Shown: piece after piece, positions 47,608 to 57,175 of the stretch
How positions within the stretch are numbered: the stretch's first letter is position 1
Layout of the letters: the number at the start of each line of letters is the position of its first letter
DNA from: Trichormus sp. ATA11-4-KO1
Lineage (GTDB): Bacteria; Cyanobacteriota; Cyanobacteriia; Cyanobacteriales; Nostocaceae
Assembly (NCBI GenBank): GCA_019358915.1
Contig: JAHHIM010000015.1
Coordinates: 1 to 64,000, forward strand
Direction: 5' to 3'
Length of the DNA stretch: 64,000 nucleotides
Position numbers and translations under genes: made by a program
Notes under the pieces: generated by a model
What the model was told of the DNA's origin: nothing
Database searches by the model: none
The model's input: only the letters and a program-made list of their open reading frames with translations

Positions 47608-50289
47608 TTGAAAGGAATACGCCCCCGGCTCGCACCCTACGCTGTGGCATTATTGGCTGTTGGTAGTGCATTGCTACTAACACTGTTGCTACACTCACAG
47701 CTAATCTTCAATATTTTCCCACTGTTTTTTGCTGCCGTAGCCTTTAGTGCTTGGTATGGCGGTATGAAATCAGGATTGCTGGCTGCGTTTGTATCTATTT
47801 TAGCTATCAATTACTTTTTCGTGAAACCAGTGTTTACGCACTTGATTTCTGGGATGGAAGACATAGTGCGATTAAGCGTATTCATTATGGTAACAGTACT
47901 TATTAGCTTGCTGAATGCAGAGTTGCATTATGCTAAACAGCGTCTAGAAATGGGTATGCAGAAGCTACAAGCAAGTGAGGCTAAGTTTAAAAGATTGGCA
48001 GAATCTAACATCATCGGGGTCATTGTAGCCGATGTAAACGGGACAATTCTTGAGGCTAACGATGCTTTTCTCAAGATGGTAGGTTATACATGGGAGGATT
48101 TGCTCACAGGGCGAGTGCGATGGCGTGATATGACCCCACCAGAATATCTGCAAATCAGTGAGTCTTGCATTGCAGACCTCAAAACTAAAAGCGTGTGTCA
48201 GCCCTTCGAGAAAGAATATATCCGTAAAGATGGTAGTCGCGTCCCCGTTTTAGTCGGTTCTGCCTTATTAGAAAATAATCAACAGCATGTTGTCAGTTTT
48301 GTCCTGGACTTAAGCGAAAGTAAACGCACAGAAAAGGCACTACGCCAACAAGAAGATGACATGCGGCTAATTACAGATGCTGTACCTGCGCTGATTTCTT
48401 ATGTTGATACTCAGCATCGCTATCGCTTTAATAACAAAGGATATGAAGACTGGTTGGGATTTTCCGCCTCAGAAACTTATGGCAAACACATTAAAGAAAT
48501 TTTGGGCGAGTCAGTTTACCAGTCAATTCTTCCTTACATAGAATTAGTATTATCAGGAAAACAAGTAACTTTTGAAAACCAAATTTCTTGTAAAGATAAT
48601 ACAACTCACATTGTGAATACTACTTACATTCCTCAGTTTGATATAGCAAACAAAGTCAAAGGTTTTGTGGCTTTAGTCACAGATATTACAAATCACAAAC
48701 TAGCAGAAAAAGCTCTCAAAGATAGTGAAGAAAGGTTGCGAACACTTACGGAAAAGGTGCGGGTAATTCCTTGGGAAGCAGATGCCACTACAGGGAATTT
48801 TACTTATGTAGGACCACAAATTTATGAAATTCTTGGTTATCCTTTGAAAGATTGGTACACCGATAATTTTTGGGCAGAACACATACATCCAGAGGATCGG
48901 GAGTGGGTCATCAAGTACTGCCAACAATCTTCACTGTCACTAGATAATTACGAATTTGAATACAGAATGTTGGCAGCTGATGGTAAAATTGTCTGGCTGT
49001 ATGACATTATCAATGTCGTGCGCAGTGGAGATAAATCACCACTCCTGCATGGATTCATGATTGATATTACCGATCGCAAGCAGGCAGAGCAAGAACGCGA
49101 ACACTTGCTAGAGAGCGAACAAGCAGCACGTGCCGAGGCGGAAACAGCCAACCGCATGAAAGATGAGTTTTTAGCTACACTCTCCCACGAACTCCGTACT
49201 CCCCTCAACGCCATGCTCGGTTGGACACAGCTACTCAGGAGCCGCAAATTTGATGAAACTACTACAGCCAGGGCTTTAGAGACAATTGATCGTAATACCA
49301 GATCCTTAGCACAACTCATTGAAGATGTCTTAGATGTCTCACGGATTATTCGGGGTACACTCCATCTCAATACCCAACCCGTAGAATTAACCCCAGTTGT
49401 GGAAACAGCAATTGATACCGTGCGTCCAGCAGCTGACGCTAAAGAAATTCGCATCGAATGCAGATTTGATCCGAGCGTAGGGGTAGTAATGGGTGATGCC
49501 AACCGATTACAACAAGTTGTCTGGAATTTGCTCTCCAACGCTGTCAAATTTACACCCAAACAGGGAATAGTTACTGTACAACTAGAGCGCATTAATTCCC
49601 GCGTGCAAATTCGGGTAAGTGATACTGGCGGCGGAATTGCCCCAGAATTCCTACCTTACGTATTTGATCGCTTTCGTCAAGCCAATAGCTCAACTACGCG
49701 ATCGCATGGTGGACTCGGATTAGGATTAGCGATCGTCCGTCACTTGGTAGAATTGCACGGAGGCATAGTTTGTGCCGAAAGTCCAGGCATTGGACAAGGG
49801 GCCACATTCAGCGTCACTCTGCCGATGAAAGCTGTTGCTGTAAATACCAGTAACCCCGCACAGTTTTTACCCGCCACTAACAATGAAGATGCTAATAGCC
49901 TGCCAACCCTGAAAGGCTTACGAGTGCTAGTTGTCGATGATGAGCCGGACGCTCGTCAGTTACTCACCACTATTTTGGGACAGTATGGCGCACAAGTCAT
50001 GGCCGCAGCATCTACTTTTGAGGCACTAGTTGCCCTAGAAGAATTTCACCCTGATGTCCTCGTCAGCGATATTGGGATGCCACAAGAAGATGGTTACACA
50101 CTAATTCGTAAACTGAGGGCACTTTCCCCAGAACAAGGAGGACAGATTCCCGCAGTAGCGCTGACAGCCTATGCTAGGGCAGAAGACCGTACCCAAGCCT
50201 TATTGGCAGGCTTTCAACTTCACATCCCTAAGCCAGTCAATCCCACGGAGTTAGCAGCTGTAGTTGCCAATCTCGCTCGACGTACTTGA
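47608..50289 (+). CDS. Membrane hybrid histidine kinase (DUF4118 TM region, three PAS, HisKA, HATPase, REC)
   Basis: SAWYGG TM block; PAS motifs; LSHELRTPL; NAVKFT; DIGMP; start uncertain (TTG at 47608 or 47563). Confidence 0.9.
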   Translation: MKGIRPRLAPYAVALLAVGSALLLTLLLHSQLIFNIFPLFFAAVAFSAWYGGMKSGLLAAFVSILAINYFFVKPVFTHLISGMEDIVRLSVFIMVTVLISLLNAELHYAKQRLEMGMQKLQASEAKFKRLAESNIIGVIVADVNGTILEANDAFLKMVGYTWEDLLTGRVRWRDMTPPEYLQISESCIADLKTKSVCQPFEKEYIRKDGSRVPVLVGSALLENNQQHVVSFVLDLSESKRTEKALRQQEDDMRLITDAVPALISYVDTQHRYRFNNKGYEDWLGFSASETYGKHIKEILGESVYQSILPYIELVLSGKQVTFENQISCKDNTTHIVNTTYIPQFDIANKVKGFVALVTDITNHKLAEKALKDSEERLRTLTEKVRVIPWEADATTGNFTYVGPQIYEILGYPLKDWYTDNFWAEHIHPEDREWVIKYCQQSSLSLDNYEFEYRMLAADGKIVWLYDIINVVRSGDKSPLLHGFMIDITDRKQAEQEREHLLESEQAARAEAETANRMKDEFLATLSHELRTPLNAMLGWTQLLRSRKFDETTTARALETIDRNTRSLAQLIEDVLDVSRIIRGTLHLNTQPVELTPVVETAIDTVRPAADAKEIRIECRFDPSVGVVMGDANRLQQVVWNLLSNAVKFTPKQGIVTVQLERINSRVQIRVSDTGGGIAPEFLPYVFDRFRQANSSTTRSHGGLGLGLAIVRHLVELHGGIVCAESPGIGQGATFSVTLPMKAVAVNTSNPAQFLPATNNEDANSLPTLKGLRVLVVDDEPDARQLLTTILGQYGAQVMAAASTFEALVALEEFHPDVLVSDIGMPQEDGYTLIRKLRALSPEQGGQIPAVALTAYARAEDRTQALLAGFQLHIPKPVNPTELAAVVANLARRT

Positions 50290-50600
50290 GTAGCATTGGC
50301 AGCCTTAACAGTCAACCAATCAAGGCTGCTACTAATTTGTAACCACTAAGATACCAAAAAAAATACATTACACCATGAAAAGGGTAGACTGCTACTAGTA
50401 ACCTAGCTGTGCATAGCCAAATCTTGTCGTATAATTATTTACTTTAAGAAACCTTGCTTACCTGCATAAAAGAAGCTATATCTGAATTCAAGTTGATATT
50501 CTGGTGCAGAACCACCCCAATCAGGTAGTGAGCAGGTTAGGATCTTGTCAAACTTACTTTTTAATTTGAGAAGTTCTATTCGAGAATTTTCTAGCTAAAA

Positions 50601-50616
50601 TAGTATATCTGTTCTA
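50601..50616 (+). promoter_or_regulatory. Cyanobacterial LexA (SOS) box overlapping recA promoter
   Basis: TAGTATATCTGTTCTA resembles the RGTACN3DGTWCB cyanobacterial LexA consensus (1 mismatch); directly after TAAAAT, about 60 nt upstream of recA. Confidence 0.75.
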
Positions 50617-50675
50617 CTCAAATTCCCAGCCGCACATTCCTAAAATCCATATAATCCTTATATTTAGAGGCAAGA

Positions 50676-51749
50676 ATGGCTATCAACACTGATACTTCTG
50701 GCAAGCAAAAAGCGTTGAATATAGTACTCAACCAGATCGAGCGCAGCTTCGGTAAAGGAGCAATCATGCGCCTAGGCGATGCTACCCGGATGCGAGTAGA
50801 AACTATTTCCACTGGGGCGCTCACCTTGGATCTGGCATTGGGTGGAGGTTTACCCAAAGGTCGGGTAATTGAAATTTATGGGCCAGAAAGTTCTGGTAAA
50901 ACTACAGTAGCACTACACGCACTCGCTGAAGTGCAAAAAAATGGCGGCATTGCGGCATTTGTTGATGCTGAACACGCCCTTGACCCCACTTATGCTGCGG
51001 CCTTGGGTGTAGATATTGAAAATTTGCTAGTTTCTCAACCTGATACTGGCGAATCTGCTTTGGAAATTGTTGACCAGCTTGTGCGTTCTGCTGCCGTTGA
51101 TATTGTAGTTATTGACTCAGTTGCAGCACTGGTTCCCCGGGCTGAAATTGAAGGAGATATGGGTGATACCCACGTTGGTCTTCAGGCAAGATTGATGAGC
51201 CAAGCTCTACGTAAAATCACTGGCAATATCGGTAAATCTGGCTGCACAGTTATTTTCATCAACCAGTTGCGGCAAAAAATTGGTGTGACTTACGGCAGTC
51301 CAGAAACCACCACTGGCGGTAATGCGTTGAAGTTTTATGCCTCAGTCCGCTTGGATATTCGCCGGATTCAAACCTTGAAAAAAGGCACTGATGAATTTGG
51401 TAATCGTGTCAAAGTCAAAGTTGCCAAAAATAAAGTTGCACCGCCTTTTAGAATAGCGGAATTTGACATTATTTTTGGTAAAGGAGTTTCTACCTTGGGT
51501 TGCCTTGTTGACTTAGCAGAAGAAACTAGTGTGATTGTTCGTAAAGGAGCTTGGTACAGTTACAACGGTGATAACATCTCCCAAGGTCGAGATAATGCTA
51601 TCAAGTACTTAGAAGAAAAGCCAGAATTTGCTGAACAAATTAAAGAATTAGTTCGTCAAAAGCTAGATATGGGAGCAGTTGTCTCTGCTAACTCTGTGTC
51701 AAAGGCTAATGAAGAGGATGAAGATGTTGATTTAGAGGAAGAAGAATAG
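50676..51749 (+). CDS. recA: Recombinase RecA
   Basis: [42 protein letters not shown]; no intein. Confidence 0.99.
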   Translation: MAINTDTSGKQKALNIVLNQIERSFGKGAIMRLGDATRMRVETISTGALTLDLALGGGLPKGRVIEIYGPESSGKTTVALHALAEVQKNGGIAAFVDAEHALDPTYAAALGVDIENLLVSQPDTGESALEIVDQLVRSAAVDIVVIDSVAALVPRAEIEGDMGDTHVGLQARLMSQALRKITGNIGKSGCTVIFINQLRQKIGVTYGSPETTTGGNALKFYASVRLDIRRIQTLKKGTDEFGNRVKVKVAKNKVAPPFRIAEFDIIFGKGVSTLGCLVDLAEETSVIVRKGAWYSYNGDNISQGRDNAIKYLEEKPEFAEQIKELVRQKLDMGAVVSANSVSKANEEDEDVDLEEEE

Positions 51750-51791
51750 ATTCATGTGCGTTCTATTTAATCAAATAGAACGCACATGAAT
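51750..51791. terminator. Perfect 19-bp hairpin between convergent recA and kinase gene (bidirectional terminator candidate)
   Basis: ATTCATGTGCGTTCTATTT-aatc-AAATAGAACGCACATGAAT. Confidence 0.75.
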
Positions 51792-51879
51792 ACTTATTCC
51801 GGTTGCTATGTAAAATTTTTGGGCTATAAATTCCCCATCAGAATTTACCCAATATTCAGCCCAAACTTCTACTATCAAA

Positions 51880-53484
51880 TCACAATAAACCTCGTTTACC
51901 ATTGGGGCGGATTGTCATCCAATTGGTCTTAGCTAATGCTAACTGCTCATCAGAAATTTTGGCACCAGTAAGATTAGCACCACATAGATTAGCTCCTCGG
52001 AGATTGGCATTACTAAAATAGGCATTACTAAGGTCTGCGCCTCGCAGGTCTGCTCCTTCTAAATCAGCATGATTGAAGTAGGCTTTGCTCACATTAGCAT
52101 CCCTGAGATTCGCGCGAGTGAGACTAGCTCTACCAAAGTCGCTATTATGCAGATTAGCTCCTTGGAGATTAGTATTTTGCAATTGAGTAGAATGGAAATT
52201 TGTTTCCGATAAGTCAACACCTTGCAAGTTCAGAAAACTTAAATTATGTAGGGCAAAATCCCGTCTTCCCTTTAGATAAGCTGTGAGTAAACTTTGAGGA
52301 TCTAATTTGCGCCCTTGAGAATTTTGACTGTGTGAACCATTGCTATTACTACTAGTCAAAGCAGTTAATTTACCTAGGGAAGACCCTTGACGCATTCCCC
52401 CTGCGTCTGCGGCCTTGGCTCGTCTAGCTCGAATTGCTGCCGCTACCTGTGCTACACCTCCTGCACTAGTAAAAGCAGCTGCAGGATTATTGCATAAAAT
52501 AGCAGAATTTTCCCCACGATTATGTGTTGGTTCTTTAACCCCAGCATCAGATTTAACTAGTAAACCTTGAGCCAAACTTTCTAGATATGGTTCCATCTCT
52601 AAGGCTCTCAGTACTTCTTCGGCTGATTGGTAGCGATTGCGTACTGACACGTCTAACATTTTCCGCAGGACACTGGCTAAGTGGTCACTCACTTGCACCA
52701 GATGCTCCCACATCATCTCACCTGTTGTGGGATTGTAATCTAAATCTTTAGGAGTTTTACTACTCAGCAGATAAATACACGTTACCCCCAGTGCATAAAT
52801 ATCGCTGGCATAAACTGGACGCATCGCCATTTGTTCTGGGGGTGCAAAACCAGGAGTACCAATTGCATATGCGGTTAATGCTGTTTGTCCTGATTGGCTA
52901 ACCACGGCTTGGCTGACTTGATTTTTAACAGCGCCAAAATCTATGAGTACCATTCTGGCATCTTGAGTACGGCGAATTAAGTTTGCTGGCTTGATATCAC
53001 GATGAATTACTTTTTGCTCGTGGATGTATTGTAGCAAAGGCAGAATTTCGCTCAAGAATTGCTTGACACCAGCTTCGCTCAAGATACCGTTAAGTTTGAT
53101 CTCCTGTTGTAGAGTAGCACCACTGATATATTCTTGGACTAAATAGAATTGTTCATGCTCTTCAAAATAGTCCAGCAACCGTGGTACTTGGGGGTGATTG
53201 CCAATTTTACCCAGGGTTTTGGCTTCTCTCTCAAAAAGTTCTCGCGCCATCTGCAAAATGTGTGGTGCAGTCCCTGAAGGACGTAGTTGCTTGATTACAC
53301 AACTCGGTTCTCCTGGTAAGGCTTCATCGTTGGCTAAAAAGGTTGCTCCGAAGCCACCCTGACCTAATGGTTTGACTACCCGATAGCGATCGCGCAACAG
53401 TAGTCGCGAGCCACAAGATTGACACCTTTGGCTATAAGCCACATTTTCTGGATTGGGACAGGTAGGATTTAAGCAGTAGCTCAT
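51880..53484 (-). CDS. Ser/Thr protein kinase with C-terminal pentapeptide repeats (SpkB-like)
   Basis: N-terminal CxxxxC/CxxC, LGQGGFG, HRDIKPAN, DFG; A(N/D)L-x-x repeats. Confidence 0.92.
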   Translation of the reverse strand: MSYCLNPTCPNPENVAYSQRCQSCGSRLLLRDRYRVVKPLGQGGFGATFLANDEALPGEPSCVIKQLRPSGTAPHILQMARELFEREAKTLGKIGNHPQVPRLLDYFEEHEQFYLVQEYISGATLQQEIKLNGILSEAGVKQFLSEILPLLQYIHEQKVIHRDIKPANLIRRTQDARMVLIDFGAVKNQVSQAVVSQSGQTALTAYAIGTPGFAPPEQMAMRPVYASDIYALGVTCIYLLSSKTPKDLDYNPTTGEMMWEHLVQVSDHLASVLRKMLDVSVRNRYQSAEEVLRALEMEPYLESLAQGLLVKSDAGVKEPTHNRGENSAILCNNPAAAFTSAGGVAQVAAAIRARRAKAADAGGMRQGSSLGKLTALTSSNSNGSHSQNSQGRKLDPQSLLTAYLKGRRDFALHNLSFLNLQGVDLSETNFHSTQLQNTNLQGANLHNSDFGRASLTRANLRDANVSKAYFNHADLEGADLRGADLSNAYFSNANLRGANLCGANLTGAKISDEQLALAKTNWMTIRPNGKRGLL

Positions 53485-54042
53485 GCACTGTCAACTCGCT
53501 GCACGAATAATGACCAAGAGCGTTACACTCTCCTTTAATTATTGAAATCAAAATTAACTCTTGCCAGGTAATTTTTGCTGGAAATCCTTTGAAGAGTTCC
53601 TAAAGTTAACTCCGAGTTACGTAAGGCAATTGTCAAAACAAGATGATTTATTATACTTATGCTTCTAACTAGTGTCGAGATGACTTTTTATTTATATTAC
53701 TGGTGTTAAAACTTTTCAATTCAGGTAGACTGCATCATTATTTATACGTAGTTTTTAGCTTTTTACTCACTACCGCGATCGCAAATCACCTAAAACGGTT
53801 CAAAGTATGAGAATGTTGAAGATGCTGGTTTTCACGCTTGAGTGTCCAGATGCGATTCCCCGTGTGTCGAGCGATCATCGCCTGCCAGTCAGCAGAAATA
53901 AAGCCCTTATCTGGGTATGCAGTGGACGATTGAGAGCCGCTAGCGCTGAATTTGAGGGTATCTGCCACCGCTCAATGAATTAATATGATTTCATGATTAA
54001 TTAAGATACACTTTCACCCTCACATTGTATGAATTTTACGAC

Positions 54043-55113
54043 TTACACTCGTTGAAAAACTGTTTCGGCAGCAGAATTTACGGCTTGTCTGAGTTCTTGG
54101 AGTTTGGCAGCCACCGCACCACTAACTAATAATTCTTCCGCCTTGGCTAAACCCGATGGCATATCTGAACAAATGCCACTGCGCCAGAGATAAAACCCAC
54201 CATTCCATAGGGCTGTTTGTAGTAATTCACTGGGTTCACCAACTAAAAATCCCTGGATTTGTGCAAGTAATTCTTCAGTACTTCCTAGGGGGACATTTTT
54301 AGTAGTAAAACCATAATCATGGGGTGATAGTAATAACCTTTCTATCTCTTGGGGCGTTTTCGACAAAGCAATAATTGCCGTGCGATCGCGTGGTAAATCA
54401 CAACTACCTTCCAATCCCTTAACTAAGGTAAATTTTGTCACGCCCCGCAATTCCAAGGCTACCTGAAACATGGCTTCTGTGGGAGGATGAACAAACCCAG
54501 CCACAAGATGAGCATCCCCAGCATAGGGACACCAAATTAATTCCATTGTCGCCAAGGGTGGGCGCTTACCGAGTTGGTCGCGATATTCCCACATAGTGTT
54601 AGTTAACGGAAAATGCACAGGTGTATAAAGCAAGCCGATATTTGTTTGCTCAAACACCTGCTGGGTTTTTGCTAATGGTAAGGCAGTCCAATCAACACCT
54701 AAACCTTGCCAAATATCTACTAATGGTAAGCCATACTTTGTTGGTAAGCAATCGCCTCCGTGCATCACTACTGGTTGTCCAGCTGCGGCGAGTAGTAAAG
54801 CTATAACTGGGCTAATGGGTGCTGTGCGCGTTCTGCCATCATAAGGTAGTCCCAAAACCATTGCTGGGCGTGCAGCAGCGATTGGTTGCAGTTTTGGCCC
54901 CAATTCATCATAGGCATCCAACATCCCTGCTAACTCTTCCCCCGTGGGGCGTTTGATGCGGTGGGCTATTAAAAATGCCCCAATTTGCGCTGGTTTTGCT
55001 TCACCCAGTAGCATCATTTTCGTAGCGGTGGCTGCTTCAGCACGAGTTAAATTCTCTGCTGTATGGTTTCCGCTACCTACCTTTTTGAGTAAATCCCTGA
55101 ATGCGTTGCTCAT
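54043..55113 (-). CDS. cnaT: Anthranilate phosphoribosyltransferase-like protein CnaT (nir operon expression factor)
   Basis: QIGAFLIAHRIK, YDGRTRT, HGG..PTKYG; directly downstream of ntcB, as in the Anabaena ntcB-cnaT pair. Confidence 0.75.
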   Translation of the reverse strand: MSNAFRDLLKKVGSGNHTAENLTRAEAATATKMMLLGEAKPAQIGAFLIAHRIKRPTGEELAGMLDAYDELGPKLQPIAAARPAMVLGLPYDGRTRTAPISPVIALLLAAAGQPVVMHGGDCLPTKYGLPLVDIWQGLGVDWTALPLAKTQQVFEQTNIGLLYTPVHFPLTNTMWEYRDQLGKRPPLATMELIWCPYAGDAHLVAGFVHPPTEAMFQVALELRGVTKFTLVKGLEGSCDLPRDRTAIIALSKTPQEIERLLLSPHDYGFTTKNVPLGSTEELLAQIQGFLVGEPSELLQTALWNGGFYLWRSGICSDMPSGLAKAEELLVSGAVAAKLQELRQAVNSAAETVFQRV

Positions 55114-55156
55114 GGCAGCGATTAGTCAACGGTCAACATTTTGACTAATCATAACT

Positions 55157-56080
55157 TTAGGAAGCCGATCGCTGTTGCGCAAATTGTGGTGGGATATTTT
55201 CCTGCACGAGTCGCCAAAAGTTTTGGATGGGAGGAATCTGGAGGCGATCTTGAGTAGTTACCATGACTACTCCACGAGTAAAGCCACCATTATCAGCTAA
55301 GGGTCGCACAGCTAGGCTGGGGTCATGAAGTGCTTCCATGAGTGCTGAGTGAGGTAGCAAAGCCACCAATTCTCCTTGGCGCACTACTCCCCGAAAGGCA
55401 TCTAGGGTATTTACCTCTAAAGCTGCTTGAAGTTTAGCTTCCAGCCGCTCAAATTTATCTTGTACCAAGCGTTGCATCCCATAACCATCTTTAAAAACCA
55501 CTTGTGGATAACGCACTAACTCCGACCAAGGAATACGTTCATATTGGGCTAGGGGATGATTGGCTGCTGTGAGGACTTCTATCGGTTCTTCATATAGTGG
55601 TTCTACCACCATTTCTCTGCTAGTGGTTAAAAAGCGATTATTCATCACAATTGCCAGATCCACCAATCCATCTTTGAGGACCTTTAAAGCGCGATCGCTA
55701 CCCAAGGATGTGACTCGCAATTGCACTTGTGGGTAATCATGACAAAATTTTTGTAACACTGGTGGCAAGTAAGAGGCACACAGCGAGTGAATCGCGGCAA
55801 TACAAAGTTCTGGTTGCTTTCCGGCAATTAAATCTGTTAATTCTTGTGTAGCAGTTTGCCACTCTTGGCAAATTTTGCGGACACGAGGTAGCAAGCATTC
55901 ACCACCTAGAGTCAGTTTGGCATGACTGCTGCGGTGAAATAGTTCTACCCCTAAATCAGCTTCTAGAGATTGAATTTGACGACTGATAGTCGATTGAGTA
56001 ACATTACATCTTCGGGCTGCTTGTTGAAAGCTGCCGGTTTCCGCGATCGCCAGAAAGGCTTGCAACTGCTCTAGCCGCAT
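55157..56080 (-). CDS. ntcB: LysR-family nitrogen assimilation regulator NtcB
   Basis: MRLEQLQAFLAIAETGSFQQAA HTH, SLGSDRALKVLKDGLVD; canonical NtcA promoter upstream. Confidence 0.85.
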   Translation of the reverse strand: MRLEQLQAFLAIAETGSFQQAARRCNVTQSTISRQIQSLEADLGVELFHRSSHAKLTLGGECLLPRVRKICQEWQTATQELTDLIAGKQPELCIAAIHSLCASYLPPVLQKFCHDYPQVQLRVTSLGSDRALKVLKDGLVDLAIVMNNRFLTTSREMVVEPLYEEPIEVLTAANHPLAQYERIPWSELVRYPQVVFKDGYGMQRLVQDKFERLEAKLQAALEVNTLDAFRGVVRQGELVALLPHSALMEALHDPSLAVRPLADNGGFTRGVVMVTTQDRLQIPPIQNFWRLVQENIPPQFAQQRSAS

Positions 56081-56116
56081 GTTTATGTAGCCTGAATTAC
56101 ACTGATGGCATTCACT

Positions 56117-56158
56117 AAATTAACGGATTTTGAGCAGCAATTTAGTAGAGTTTGTTAC
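56117..56158 (-). promoter_or_regulatory. NtcA-activated (class II) promoter of ntcB
   Basis: On the minus strand GTAACAAACTCTAC (GTA-N8-TAC, 56158-56145), a 22-nt spacer, then TAATTT (TAN3T, 56122-56117). Confidence 0.8.
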
Positions 56159-56191
56159 AAAGTCCCTTTAGGACAGGTGACAGGTGACAGT

Positions 56192-56755
56192 ATGGGAATA
56201 CTCGATGATCAATTAAATAAAGCAGAAATACGCCGTCGTCTACTGAAAAAACGGCAATCAATACCCCTTCAAGAATGGAGAGAAAAAAGCGATCGCATCT
56301 GTACGCAACTGCAAAACTCTACTTTATTTACCCAAGCAAAAACCATACTGGCTTATTTCAGCTTTCGTCAAGAACCTGATCTCAGTCCCTTATTTACCGA
56401 CACCAAATATCGTTGGGGATTTCCGCGCTGCATTGGTAAGTCTCTGAACTGGCATCTCTGGAAACCCCAAGATGCTCTTCAAGTTGGTAGTTATGGCATT
56501 ACCGAACCCCATCCCCACGCCCCAACGATAGATCCTGTGGAAGTAGATTTGATTCTCATTCCCGGTGTTGCTTGCGACTATCAAGGCTATCGCCTGGGCT
56601 ATGGTGGAGGATATTATGACCGCTTACTCAGTTCACCAGACTGGGCTAACAAACCAACCATAGGCATTGTCTTTGATTTTGCTTATTTGCCCCAAATACC
56701 TATTGAAACTTGGGATAAACCATTACAATTAGTTATTACTGAAAACCACTTTTAA
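56192..56755 (+). CDS. 5-formyltetrahydrofolate cyclo-ligase
   Basis: KAEIRRRLL, YGITEP, DLILIPGVACD..GYRLGYGGGYYDR. Confidence 0.92.
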   Translation: MGILDDQLNKAEIRRRLLKKRQSIPLQEWREKSDRICTQLQNSTLFTQAKTILAYFSFRQEPDLSPLFTDTKYRWGFPRCIGKSLNWHLWKPQDALQVGSYGITEPHPHAPTIDPVEVDLILIPGVACDYQGYRLGYGGGYYDRLLSSPDWANKPTIGIVFDFAYLPQIPIETWDKPLQLVITENHF

Positions 56756-56769
56756 CCAAAAATTAAAAG

Positions 56770-56962
56770 TAGGACTTACGCAAAAATTGCCAAAAACCTT
56801 GATTATCGTTCGCGTAGCGTGCGCGAAGCGCATACCGCCCTTCTCCTATGGTCGTCGCTACGCGAACGGGTTCACCAGTCGCCTAGGTTGGGAGACCCGC
56901 GCGCAGCGATGCCCGCAAGGGCTGTAGAACGCCAAGAAATCGTAGAGTCTGCGTAAGTCCTA
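56770..56962. mobile_element. 193-bp MITE with 13-bp perfect TIRs TAGGACTTACGCA, carrying nested small repeats
   Basis: TAGGACTTACGCA at 56770 and TGCGTAAGTCCTA ending at 56962; same termini as the element at 43732. Confidence 0.75.
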
Positions 56963-57175
56963 AAAAGGATGCAAGAAAGCGAATTTATTTATGGAAAAGA
57001 AAAAAATGCAGAGCAACATTATTCAAGCCTCCAGATTCATCTGTGGGGTCTTCAATTTTTAATTTTTAATTTTTAATTTTTAATTCACCGAATGTGCTGA
57101 CCCTTTGTTATTGTCAGAACCTATCTTGGGCATACTAACTTGTAATCCTAATGGTAACTGCTAAGGGTAGAACCT

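Noticed and set aside
48948..49592. Long antisense ORFs (also 1727-2278 and 29143-29706)
   Set aside because: Shadow frames of well-supported genes on the opposite strand.
57054..57085. (AATTTTT)4 tandem
   Set aside because: Ordinary Nostocales heptamer repeat; no further structure.
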